In this document: positions 25,088-38,200 of the stretch, piece by piece
How positions within the stretch are numbered: position 1 is the stretch's first letter
Layout: each line of letters opens with the position of its first letter
From: Octopus sinensis
Taxonomy: Eukaryota
Assembly (NCBI RefSeq): GCF_006345805.1
Contig: NC_043025.1
Span: 8,494,001 to 8,558,000 of the forward strand
Direction: 5' to 3'
DNA: 64,000 bases
Notes under the pieces: generated by a model
What the model saw: the letters and a program-made list of their open reading frames with translations, nothing else
Database searches by the model: none
What the model was told of the DNA's origin: nothing
Translations under genes and position numbers: made by a program

Positions 25088-26395
25088 ATTGGTTTGTTTT
25101 TAGAATGACATTGCAGGACAAATCTGGTCAGTTGGAATACAAAACAGGTAGAATATTTAGGCCAGATATGGCTGACTTAAATGCTAAAAGGTTAACCCTT
25201 TAGCATTCAAATTATTCTGTCCAATGTAATGCTTATTAATTCATACTGTTTTAAATTAATCGTCCATTATTTCATAGCTTTGAGATTTTGATAATGTAAT
25301 TGGTTATTTTTAGAATGACGCCATAGGACAAACCTGGTCAGTTTGAACACAAAACAGGTAGAATATTTAGACCAGATACAGATGGTTTAAATACTATTCC
25401 TCTGTCAAATGTTATAATGATTTATCCATTTTGTTTCAAATTAATCTCATATTATTTCCAAGCTTCAAGATTCCATCCTATGAGTTTATCCCTGTATGTG
25501 AGTTTGTTTTTATAAAGCCATCCTATATTTAAAATAGGGTAGGTGTGAGAGTCTGGATCTGGTCAGTTTGAACATAAAACAAGTAGAATATTTTAGACAG
25601 ATAGGCATAGGAGTAGCTTGCTTACCAACCACATGGTCCCAGGTTCAGTCCCACTGCATAGCAGTGTTGTGATTATTGTTTAACTCCCTCTGACTGAGCA
25701 GATGTCAGATCAAAGACATTCCGGCTGTGATCATCCCCTCTTTCTGTATATTACAAACTACATTAGCAAATGCATCTGTCTTTAATTAAGATGACAGGAT
25801 GCAATTTGAGGGAATATTGTGTGTTATTTTTAACAAGTTCAGTAACTGTGTAGAGGTCTTCTTTGTTGGTTTAATAATGAAGAAATTATAGAGATAGCCA
25901 CAGGAGTGGCTGTGTGGTAAGTAGCTTGTTTACCAACCACATGGTTCCGGGTTCAGTCCCACTGTGTATCACCTTGGGCAAGTGTCTTCTATTATAACCT
26001 CGGGCCAACCAAAGCCTTGTGAGTGGATTTGGTAGACGGAAACTGAAAGAAGCCCGTCGTATATGTGTATGTATATTACATCAATATATCAATTTTGAAA
26101 ATTTTCACCTAATTTTAAAATTTCAAAAAGTGAAGCTAAACGGAAACAACATCCCATCCTCTGATTTCAATATAATCTGGCTGTGATGGTTACAAGCTAT
26201 GTAACCCATCGCTAGACCGTTATGGAAAATTGGGACATCCGACATGGAAGAGCTATAATGGACTGAGCAAGCCGCCCGACCGGATAGGACAGATACAATA
26301 TGGAAAATGAAATAATAAAAAATACATGGCAGCTGTGCTCCAGCATGGCCAATGCAAAACATATTGAAAACAATGAAAGAGTGTATTTGAATTAC

Positions 26396-26477
26396 CTGTA
26401 ATTGGAGTGTGATGTGACATCGGAGAAACATACCATGTAAATTGGCAGCTCGGGCATTGAAGATGGGATAAAGACCG
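26396..26477 (-). CDS. C2CD3: C2CD3 exon 11, SGLYPIFNARAANLHGMFLRCHITLQLQ
   Basis: SG.YP.F....NL.G..LR motif; ttccag / gtaatt; phase 2 to 0. Confidence 0.9.
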
Positions 26478-26640
26478 CTGGAATTTAACCGGAAACAGAA
26501 GAAAAATGAACAACAAAATTTATATATTTACTTGTAGGACCCATGTAAATTCCACAGAACGGAAAAAATTAAGAGAACCCATTTAAGAAAGAAAGGATGA
26601 TTTGCACAGTATATATTCACCTTGTGAGAATATATACTAA

Positions 26641-27144
26641 CTAGCAGTATCGCCCGGCATTGCTCGGGTTTGTAAGGGAAATAACTATATAAGCATTTTT
26701 AGAGAGTTATAGCCAAAAAATAGCAAAAAAATGCATTAAAAATGGAAAAAAAATTATGGTAAATTTTTTTTTAAATCGTTGACTCATCGTAGACATTTTT
26801 AGAGAGTTACTTCCCTTATATAATAGCGAAAAAAATGCATTAAAATGGAAAAAAATGATGGTAAATTTTTTTTTAAATCGTAGACTCATCGTAGACATTT
26901 TTAGAGAGTTACTTCCCTTATATAATAGCGAAAAAAATGCATTAAAATGGAAAAAAATGATGGTAAATTTTTTTTTAAATCTTAGACTCATCGTAGACAC
27001 GCGCTAATACCCAGAAGGGCTCGATATGAATCACGGCTATAGGATACCCGGTTTTGGTTAAACTGCACCGCAAAATGTGGGAGTAGTTAGGAATCTAAAT
27101 CGTAGGAGACAGACATCACACAACTTCTCTTTTATATATAAAGA
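26641..27144 (-). mobile_element. Non-autonomous Helitron, family H1, with about 105-bp internal tandem repeats
   Basis: 5' TCTTTATATAT, 3' cccgagcaatgccggg hairpin then CTAG; A|T target. Confidence 0.82.
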
Positions 27145-27514
27145 TATATTTCCAGTAAAACTATTTTATGAAAAAAATCTGTTATGGCAAAACATATTTT
27201 TGCATTTCCACCTTCATATATTTAAATACATGAAGACACATGGCCATGTGGTTAGGCAGTTGCACTCCCATGGGTTCAATTCCCAGACCAAGTGGTGTGT
27301 TGTGTTCTTGAGCAAACCACTTCATTTCACTTGGCTCCAGTTCCCCTTTTAATCAATTGGGCATACTGGCCTGTCCACCTAGCCAGCAATGTGGCGTCAT
27401 TCAAAAGCTAAAATGATGCAAAGTGCACTGTGACCAGCGATGTCTAACAAGATCTGATAGCACGGTCAGTCATGTGATATCTAAAAACATAGAATAAAAT
27501 AGATATATAGATAT

Positions 27515-27609
<95 letters not shown>

Positions 27610-27821
27610 TTATGAAATAATGGTGTCAAGAAGACCCAAAGGCGTCAGGTAATGCTGAGTAAGTGCTATGGGCAGACTATAGTTAAGCTCCAGGTTCGGT
27701 GATTATGCAAATGAGGAGTCCAACATAGGTCATATATTAACATGCATATGTATAAAAAATTAACAGAATGAGATAAAAAATCCAAGGCTGCAAAAGCTTT
27801 CAGAACATTTATAAAGAGAAG

Positions 27822-27869
27822 GTCTTACAGCTGTTTCCGGGATATTTTATATATCCCTTCATCAGAGAC
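27822..27869 (-). ncRNA. Minimal type I hammerhead ribozyme motif
   Basis: gucu CUGAUGA a gggauau-auaaa-auauccc g GAAA cagcug UA agac. Confidence 0.68.
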
Positions 27870-28254
27870 AGTAGGGATATATAAAATATCTAGGAAACAC
27901 CTGTAAGACCTTCTCTTTATAAATATTCTGAAATCTTTCACAGCCTTCTGTTAATTTTATACATATATATGTATGTATTTTTTTAAAAATACAAATAAAT
28001 GAAAGAGTGGATTTGAATGATGAATTAACAAAATTCCTTTATTTAAAGTAATTTTGCTAATTCGTCGTTCAACTCCATTCTTTCATTTATTTGTATTTAA
28101 AAAAACACAGAAATTCCCACACAATAGCACGTGATCTCTGCCCTTGGCATGTAGCTTCAACCGTGTTTTTCTGACGTGAATTTGCTACCCAGGTATCGGT
28201 TAACCGAATTATCCATAATAAGATAATTCATTCAACTACTCAATTATATATATG

Positions 28255-28289
<35 letters not shown>

Positions 28290-28329
28290 GCATGTATGTA
28301 TCTACCGGTGTGTGTACATGTATGTAGGT

Positions 28330-29060
28330 ATATACATGATGGCTGTCCACTCGTGACCGAGGAAGACCATTGCCGACCTTCAGGAACATTGTGCGCTCTA
28401 GGATTAACTTATATTTTGCATTTGCGGCTCCGTTGGTGGCTAATGAGCCCTGCTCTTGACAAGCATACACGACTGCAAACATTGCAGACCAAGATTTCCC
28501 CATTCACTATACGAGCCGTGCGCCTTCGCGCAGCTCACTTAAATGAACGTATAATGACCCTACGGTTGCACTTGAAAGGTAAGTGGTTTGCTACTCTAAT
28601 ATGCACCTACTTTGACTAGCTGTGATGAAGATAAAACAATCTTTTATACCCAGCTGAGAGCCATACTTAGAAAAATCCCCAATTCTGATAAAGTCATTCT
28701 ACTGGGGAATTTTAATGCCAGAGTTGGAACAGACTGGCAAACATGGAACTCTCTAGGACGTTTTGGCGTAGGGAAAATGAATAGCAATGGTCTCATGCTG
28801 TTGGAGCTTTGCGAAGAACATGGACTTTACATTGCAAGCACTCATTTTGTGCACAAAGGTGATCACACAACAACATGGATGCATCCAAGGTCTAAAGTTT
28901 GGCACTTGCTGGATTATGTCATCATCCGCAAGCGCGACATTTATGACATTTGTAATGTCAAGTCCTTGAATGGATCAGAATGCTGGACAGACCACAGTCT
29001 GGTGCAAGCAAAGTTCCGAATGGTGATTAGGGCGAAAGAGAGAAGAGGACCAGTCAGGTA
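28330..29060 (+). mobile_element. RTE/BovB-like LINE APE endonuclease fragment (pseudogenised)
   Basis: DKVILLGNFNARVG, TWMHPRSKVWHLLDYVI and TDHSLV motifs; ends in (TA)n. Confidence 0.88.
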
Positions 29061-29358
29061 TATACATATGTATAAATATATATACACAATTGATTAGATC
29101 AAAAGTTGAGGGGCCTGAAAGCCCACCTCAAATCCTTATATCAGATACCTATTTCTTTACTACCCACAAGGGGCTAAACACAGAGAGGACAAACAAGGAC
29201 AAACGGTTTAAGTCGATTACATTTGAACTTGGCGGAATTTGAACTCAGAACCTAACGGCAGACGAAATACGGCTACGCATTTCGCCCGGCGTGCTAACGT
29301 TTCTGCCAGCTCGCCGCCTTAAATCAGAACCTTATATCAGATACCAGAGTTAACATAC

Positions 29359-29562
29359 CTGATTCGATAAACGTTCTTCTTCGGTCCACAGCACAGCTCC
29401 CGCAGAGGGACCCAGACAGAGCCAATCAATTTATCCTTCGGTTTCCTTCGGCTCCTGATAGTCTTGTCTAAACTGTCCCCGTCACCGATGTCAATCCTGG
29501 GAATGGTACTGGCCCCAACAGAAAACCAGACTTTGATTTCAAGCTTTTCTTCTTTTAAAAAC
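29359..29562 (-). CDS. C2CD3: C2CD3 exon 10, WFLKEEKLEIKVW...DKLIGSVWVPLRELCC...
   Basis: EE.LEI.VW and D.LIGS..V.L motifs; aag / gtatgt; 204 bp phase 2/2. Confidence 0.92.
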
Positions 29563-30019
29563 CTTTCAAAATATCAATAAAGGAAAAGAGAGCACGGTGA
29601 ATAAATTGTTGTCTGAATTAAGCAAGATGAGCAGTAGGGGGGGGGGAGCATCATAACCATGTGTTAACCCTTTCGTTACCGTATTTATTTTGAGATGCTT
29701 TGTATTTCTTTCAATTAATTTTAAATATAACAAAGAATTTAGTAAAATAACTTATTTATCATTCAGCTAGTGTTAGGAACATAAATTGTGACTAAGGTTT
29801 GGTGGAAGATTTTAATACAAAACTTATGGAAACAAGACATTTGTACGACAGAGCCAGAGCCAGTTTCAACCGGGTTGGTAACAAAAGGGTTAAAAATATC
29901 ATGGTGACTTTAACCCTTTTGTTACCGTATTTATTTTGAGATGTTCTGTGTTTCTTTCAATTAATTTTAACAGATATATTTACCAAAATTACAGAAAAAT
30001 ATCTTGAAATACTAAAGAA

Positions 30020-30455
30020 TAAATTTATTCAATAAAATCACCATTGGCTTCAACCATGGCCTCCAGACGACTTCAGAATCTCCTACAACTCTTCTAGATG
30101 GTCTCCGTGTTTAAGTTGGTGAATGCTGCCATAATCCTTGCCTTCAGTTCATCTTTGGTGTTACAAGGAGTCTTGTCGGTCTCTCGCTCAACTGTGTCCC
30201 ACACATAACAATCAAGGGATTTGCAGTCTAGGGAGTTAGGTGGCCAGATGTTAGGGGTGTTGTGGCCGCAGAAATTGTCTGAGAGCCATGACTGGGTTCT
30301 CCTGCTTGTGTGGCACAGTGCGGCGTCCTGCTGCCAGAAATAGGTTCTTCCAGTACCCACCCTCTTGACCCAGAGTATCAATACCTCCTCCATGCACTTG
30401 ATGTAGGCCTTTGTGTTGAGTGTGAGGCCATGTGGGAAAATGAATGGAGACATGT
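30020..30455 (-). mobile_element. Tc1/mariner transposase C-terminal fragment
   Basis: WQQDAALCHTS...WPPNSLDCKSLDCYVWD matches the degenerate QQD.A..H / WP..SPDLNP.D..W motif. Confidence 0.85.
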
Positions 30456-31297
30456 CAGCATTTCAATACCCAGTATGAACCATCATGCTACAGGTAATTC
30501 TTTTCCAGTTTTCAGATGGTTTCCAGTCCTCCATATTAGCTAACTTTTTATGCTCCCTATTGCTGTTGACTGTTCACCAATATACTTATTTCTTTACAAC
30601 CCACAAGGAGCTAAACACAGAGGTGACAAACAAGGACAGACAACCAGATTAAGTCGATTATATCGACCCCAGTGCATAACTGGTACTTAATTTATTGACC
30701 CCGAAAGGATGAAAGGCAAAGTCGACCTCGGCGGAATTTGAACTCAGAACGTAACAGCAGACAAAATACCTATTTCTTTACTACCCACAAGGGGCTAAAC
30801 ACAGAGGGGACAAACAAGGACAGACAACCGGATTAAGTCGACTATATCGACCCCAGTGCGTAACTGGTACTTAATTTATCGACCCCGAATGGATGAAATG
30901 CAAAGCTGACATCGGCGGAATTTGAACTCAGAATGTAACGGCAGACGAAATACCGCTAAGCATTTTGCCTGGCGTGTTAACATTTCTGCCAGCTCACCAA
31001 TACACCAAGCCATTCCTGACAAAGAAGGCATAAAAAATCATGAAATTTATCCCAAATCCCTTATATAGAAATATATAAAACAAACTTCTTTTAGGCTTGA
31101 CAGTGTTCACAGGGCATTGAGCAGTGGTCATGATGTTGGCATTTTAATACCCAGCATGATACAGGTAACGCTTCTCCAATATTCAGATGGCTTCTAGTCC
31201 TCCACATCAGCTGACTTTTTCTCAAGTACAACTTTAATCTTTATGCTCTCCAACACCAGCGACTGGTTGCCATTACATGAAGCTGTTCTTGAAATAA

Positions 31298-31703
31298 TCT
31301 ATATATATAAAACAGTAGTTGTGTGAGTGTCTGTCTCCTACGATTTAGATTCCCAACTACTCCCACATTTTGCGGTGCAGTTTAACCAAATTCGGGTATC
31401 TTATAGTCGTGATTCATATCGAGCCCTTCTGGGTATTAGCGCGCGTCTACGATGAGTCTACGATTTTAAAAATAATTTACCATCAATTTTTCCCATTTTT
31501 AATGCATTTTTTTTGCTATTATATAAGGGAAGTAACTCTCTAAAAATGTCTACGATGAGTCTACGATTTAAAATAAAATTTACCCTCATTTTTTTCCATT
31601 TTTAACGCATTTTTTTGCTATTATATAAGGGAAGTAACTCTCTAAAAATGCTTATATAGTTATTTCCCTTACAAACCCGAGCAACGCTGGGCGATACTGC
31701 TAG
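31298..31703 (+). mobile_element. Non-autonomous Helitron, family H1
   Basis: aTCtatatat...cccgagcaacgctgggcgatactgCTAGt. Confidence 0.82.
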
Positions 31704-31822
31704 TAAGACATAAAAATCACCAAATTTATCCCAAACATCCTTAATAAATCACCATCTCTCCACCAACCCTACCACACACAAACACAGCAATAAATAAAAA
31801 TTTTAATGAAAGCAATTTGTAC

Positions 31823-31934
31823 CATAGTAATGGTGATGATAAATCAACAAGGAAACTGTTCTGATGCCCGGCTTTCATTGAGACAAAATCTTCTCCGTAA
31901 GCTTTGATGGGGATTGCATCAGATGTGAAGGGAC
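31823..31934 (-). CDS. C2CD3: C2CD3 exon 9, GPFTSDAIP...LVDLSSPLLW
   Basis: tttcag acceptor, TG|gtacaa donor; phase 1 to 2 joins LLW to FLKEE. Confidence 0.85.
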
Positions 31935-32228
31935 CTGAAATAGAGAAATTAAGAGAAGAGATGCAGAGTGCCATCTGTTGTCAGTTGTTGTTGTTAGCTA
32001 ACTTATACATCAGCCCTTATCCAGCAGACCTATGATCAAAGGCGTTCCAGCTATGACCATCCTGTCTTTTATTCGCCATCATCAGCCTTTTCCAGGCTGG
32101 CATGGGTTGGACGGTTTGACAGGAGCTGGCAACGTCAGAGACCACACCAGGTGCCGTAGTCTGTTTTAGTTTGGTTTCTACAGCTGGATCCTACTTCGTC
32201 ACGCCAAACACTTTACAGGGTGGGCTGA

Positions 32229-35200
32229 GTGCTTTTTATGTGGAACCAGCACCAATGCTTTTTATGTGGAACCAGCACCAGTGCTTTTTATGTGGAACCA
32301 GCACCAGTGCTTTTTATGTGGAACCAGCACCAATGCTTTTTATGTGGAACCAGCACCAATTGCTTTTATGTGGAACCAGCAACAATGCTTTTTATGTGGA
32401 ACCAGCACCAGTGCTTTTTATGTGGAACCAGCACCAATGCTTTTTATGTGGAACCAGCACCAGTGCTTTTTATGTGGAACCAGCACCAATGCTTTTTATG
32501 TGGAACCAGCACCAATGCTTTTTATGTGGAACCAGCACCAATGCTTTTATGTGGAACCAGCACCAATGCTTTTTATGTGGAACCAGCACCATGCTTTTTA
32601 TGTGGAACCAGCACCAGCTTTTTATGTGGAACCAGCAACCAGTGCTTTTATGTGGAACCAGCACCAGTGCTTTTTATGTGGAACAGCACCAATGCTTTTT
32701 ATGTGGAACCAGCACCAGTGCTTTTTATGTGGAACCAGCACCAGTGCTTTTTATGTGGAACCAGCACCAATGTTTTATGTGGAACCAGCACCAATGCTTT
32801 TATGTGAACCAGCACCAGTGCTTTTTATGTGGAACCAGAACCAGTGCTTTTTATGTGGGACCAGCACCAATGCTTTTTATGTGGAACCAGCACCAATGCT
32901 TTTTATGTGGAACCAGCACCAGTGCTTTTTATGTGGAACCAGCACCAATGCTTTTTATGTGGAACCAGCACCAATGCTTTTTATGTGGAACCAGCACCAA
33001 TGCTTTTTATGTGGAACCAGCACCAATGCTTTTTATGTGGAACCAGTACCAATGCTTTTTATGTGGAACCAGCACCAATGCTTTTTATGTGGAACCAGCA
33101 CCAATGCTTTTTATGTGGAACCAGCACCAGTGCTTTTTATGTGGAACCAGAACCAGTGCTTTTTATGTGGGACCAGCACCAATGCTTTTTATGTGGAACC
33201 AGCACCAGTGCTTTTTATGTGGAACCAGTACCAATGCTTTTTATGTGGAACCAGCACCAATGCTTTTTATGTGGGACCAGCACCAATGCTTTTTATGTGG
33301 AACCAGCACCAGTGCTTTTTATGTGGAACCAGCACCAGTGCTTTTTATGTGGAACCAGCACCAATGCTTTTTATGTGGAACCAGTACCAATGCTTTTTAT
33401 GTGGAACCAGCACCAATGCTTTTTATGTGGAACCAGCACCAATGCTTTTTATGTGGAACCAGCACCAATGCTTTTTATGTGGAACCAGTACCAATGCTTT
33501 TTATGTGGAACCAGCACCAATGCTTTTTATGTGGAACCAGCACCAATGCTTTTTATGTGGAACCAGCACCAATGCTTTTTATGTGGAACCAGTACCAATG
33601 CTTTTTATGTGGAACCAGCACCAATGCTTTTTATGTGGAACCAGCACCAATGCTTTTTATGTGGAACCAGCACCAATGCTTTTTATGTGGAACCAGCACC
33701 AATGCTTTTTATGTGGAACCAGTACCAATGCTTTTTATGTGGAACCAGCACCAATGCTTTTTATGTGGAACCAGCACCAATGCTTTTTATGTGGAACCAG
33801 CACAAAGTGCTTTTTATGTGGACACCAGTACCAATGCTTTTTATGTGGAACCAGCACCAATGCTTTTTATGTGGAACCAGTACCAATGCTTTTTATGTGG
33901 AACACCAGCACATGCCCTTTTTATGTGGAAACACAGCACCAATGCTTTTTATGTGAACCAGAACCAGTGCTTTTTATGTGGACCAGACCACCAGTGTTTT
34001 ATGTGGAACCAGCACCAATGCTTTTTATGTGGAACGAAGACACCAGTGCTTTTTATGTGGAACCAGAACAATGCTTTATGTGTGGAACCAGCACCAATGC
34101 TTTTTATGTGGAACCAGCACCAATGCTTTTTATGTGGAACCAGCACCAATGCTTTTTATGTGGAACCAGCACAATGCTTTTATGTGGAACCAGCACCAAT
34201 GCTTTTTATGTGGAACCAGCACCAATGCTTTTTTGTGGAACCAGCACCAATGCTTTTTATGTGGAACCAGACCAATGCTTTTATGTGGAACCAGCACCAA
34301 TGCTTTTTATGGGAACCAGCACCAATGCTTTTTATGGGAACCAGAACCAGTGCTTTTTATGTGGAACCAGCACCAATGCTTTTTATGTGGAACCAGCACC
34401 AGTGCTTTTTATGTGGAACCAGCACCAGTGCTTTTTATGTGGAACCAGAACCAGTGCTTTTTATGTGGAACCAGCACCAATGCTTTTTATGTGGAACCAG
34501 AACCAGTGCTTTTTATGTGGAACCAGCACCAATGCTTTTTATGTGGAACCAGCACCAGTGCTTTTTATGTGGAACCAGAACCAGTGCTTTTTATGTGGAA
34601 CCAGCACCAATGCTTTTTATGTGGAACCAGCACCAGTGCTTTTTATTAACCCAGCACCAATGCTTTTTATGTGGAACCAGCACCAATGCTTTTTATGTGG
34701 AACCAGCACCAATGCTTTTATGTGGAACCAGCACCAATGCTTTTTATGTGACCCAGCACCAATGCTTTTTATGTGGAACCAGCACCAATGCTTTTTATGT
34801 GGAACCAGCACCAGTGCTTTTTATGTGGAACCAGACCAGTGCTTTTTATGTGGGACCAGCACCAATGCTTTTTATGTGGAACCAGCACCAGTGCTTTTTA
34901 TGTGGAACCAGCACCAATGCTTTTTATGTGGCACCAGCACCAATGCTTTTTATGTGGAACCAGCACCAGTGCTTTTTATGTGGAACCAGAACCAGTGCTT
35001 TTTATGTGGAACCAGAACCAGTGCTTTTTATGTGGAACCAGCACCAATGCTTTTTATGTGGCACCAGCACCAATGCTTTTTATGTGGAACCAGCACCAAT
35101 GCTTTTTATGTGGCACCAGCACCAATGCTTTTTATGTGACACCAGCACCAATGCTTTTTATGTGGTACCAGCACCAATGCTTTTTATGTGGAACCAGCAC

Positions 35201-38200
35201 CAATGCTTTTTATGTGACACCAGCACCAATGCTTTTTATGTGGAACCAGCACCAATGCTTTTTATGTGACACCAGTACCAATGCTTTTTATGTGACACCA
35301 GTACCAATGCTTTTTATGTGACACCAGCACCAATGCTTTTTATGTGGTACCAGCACCAATGCTTTTTATGTGGAACCAGCACCAATGCTTTTTATGTGAC
35401 ACCAGCACCAATGCTTTTTATGTGGAACCAGCACCAATGCTTTTTATGTGACACCAGCACCAATGCTTTTTATGTGGCACCAGCACCAATGCTTTTTATG
35501 TGACACCAGCACCAATGCTTTTTATGTGACACCAGCACCAATGCTTTTTATGTGGAACCAGCACCAATGCTTTTTATGTGACACCAGCACCAATGCTTTT
35601 TATGTGGCACCAGCACCAATGCTTTTTATGTGACACCAGTACCAATGCTTTTTATGTGACACCAGTACCAATGCTTTTTATGTGACACCAGCACCAATGC
35701 TTTTTATGTGGAACCAGCACCAATGCTTTTTATGTGACACCAGTACCAATGCTTTTTATGTGACACCAGCACCAATGCTTTTTATGTGGTACCAGCACCA
35801 ATGCTTTTTATGTGGAACCAGCACCAATGCTTTTTATGTGGAACCAGTACCAATGCTTTTTATGTGACACCAGCACCAATGCTTTTTATGTGGAACCAGC
35901 ACCAATGCTTTTTATGTGGAACCAGAACCAGTGCTTTTTATGTGGGACCAGAACCAGTGCTTTTTATGTGGAACCAGCACCAATGCTTTTTATGTGGAAC
36001 CAGCACCAGTGCTTTTTATGTGAACCAGAACCAGTGCTTTTTATGTGGGACCAGCACCAATGCTTTTTATGTGGAACCAGCACCAATGCTTTTTATGTGG
36101 CACCAGCACCAATGCTTTTTATGTGGAACCAGCACCAATGCTTTTTATGTGGCACCAGCACCAATGCTTTTTATGTGGAACCAGCACCAATGCTTTTTAT
36201 GTGGAACCAGCACCAATGCTTTTATGTGGCATGGTGCACCAGCAGCACCAATGCTTTTTATGTGGCACCAGCACCAATGCTTTTTATGTGGACCAGTACC
36301 AATGCTTTTTTTGTACCAGTACCAATGCTTTTTATGTGGCACCAGCACCAGTGCTTTTTATGTGGCACCAGCACAATGCTTTTTATGTGGCACCAGCACC
36401 AGGCTTTTTATGTGGAACCAGCACCAATGCTTTTTATGTGGAACCAGCACCACAATGCTTTTTATGTGGCAACCAGCACCAATGCTTTTTATGTGGCACC
36501 ACACCAGTGCTTTTTATGTGGAACCAGCACCAATGCTTTTTATGTGGAACCAGCACCAATGCTTTTTATGTGGAACCAGCACCAGTGCTTTTTATGTGGT
36601 ACCAGTACCAATGCTTTTTATGTGGTACCAGTACCAATGCTTTTTATGTGGCACCAGCACCAATGCTTTTTATGTGGCACCAGCACCAGTGCTTTTTATG
36701 TGGAACCAGCACCAATGCTTTTTATGTGGCACCAGCACCAATGCTTTTTATGTGGCACCAGCACCAATGCTTTTTATGTGGCACCAGCACCAATGCTTTT
36801 TATGTGGCACCAGCACCAGTGCTTTTTATGTGGAACCAGCACCAATGCTTTTTATGTGACACCAGCACCAATGCTTTTTATGTGGAACCAGCACCAATGC
36901 TTTTTATGTGGAACCAGCACCAGTGCTTTTTATGTGGTACCAGTACCAATGCTTTTTATGTGGTACCAGTACCAATGCTTTTTATGTGGCACCAGCACCA
37001 GTGCTTTTTATGTGGAACCAGCACCAATGCTTTTTATGTGACACCAGCACCAATGCTTTTTATGTGGAACCAGCACCAATGCTTTTTATGTGACACCAGC
37101 ACCAATGCTTTTTATGTGGAACCAGCACCAATGCTTTTTATGTGGAACCAGCACCAATGCTTTTTATGTGGAACCAGCACCAATGCTTTTTATGTGGTAC
37201 CAGTACCAGTGCTTTTTATGTGGTACCAGCACCAATGCTTTTTATGTGGAACCAGCACCAGTGCTTTTTATGTGGTACCAGTACCAATGCTTTTTATGTG
37301 GTACCAGTACCAATGCTTTTTATGTGGCACCAGCACCAGTGCTTTTTATGTGGAACCAGCACCAGTGCTTTTTATGTGGAACCAGTACCAGTGCTTTTTA
37401 TGTGGTACCAGCACCAATGCTTTTTATGTGGAACCAGCACCAGTGCTTTTTATGTGGTACCAGTACCAATGCTTTTTATGTGGTACCAGTACCAATGCTT
37501 TTTATGTGGCACCAGCACCAGTGCTTTTTATGTGGAACCAGCACCAATGCTTTTTATGTGGAACCAGCACCAATGCTTTTTATGTGGAACCAGCACCAAT
37601 GCTTTTTATGTGGAACCAGCACCAATGCTTTTTATGTGGAACCAGCACCAATGCTTTTTATGTGGAACCAGTACCAGTGCTTTTTATGTGGAACCAGCAC
37701 CAATGCTTTTTATGTGGAACCAGCACCAATGCTTTTTATGTGGAACCAGCACCAATGCTTTTTATGTGGAACCAGCACCAATGCTTTTTATGTGGCACCA
37801 GCACCAATGCTTTTTATGTGGAACCAGCACCAATGCTTTTTATGTGGAACCAGCACCAATGCTTTTTATGTGGAACCAGCACCAATGCTTTTTATGTGGA
37901 ACCAGCACCAATGCTTTTTATGTGGAACCAGCACAATGCTTTTTATGTGGAACCAGCACCAATGCTTTTTATGTGGAACCAGCACCAATGCTTTTTATGT
38001 GGAACCAGCACCAATGCTTTTTATGTGGAACCAGCACCAATGCTTTTATGTGGAACCAGCACCAATGCTTTTTATGTGGAACCAGCACCAATGCTTTTTA
38101 TGTGGAACCAGCACCAATGCTTTTTATGTGGAACCAGCACCAATGCTTTTTATGTGGAACCAGCACCAATGCTTTTTATGTGGAACCAGCACCAATGCTT

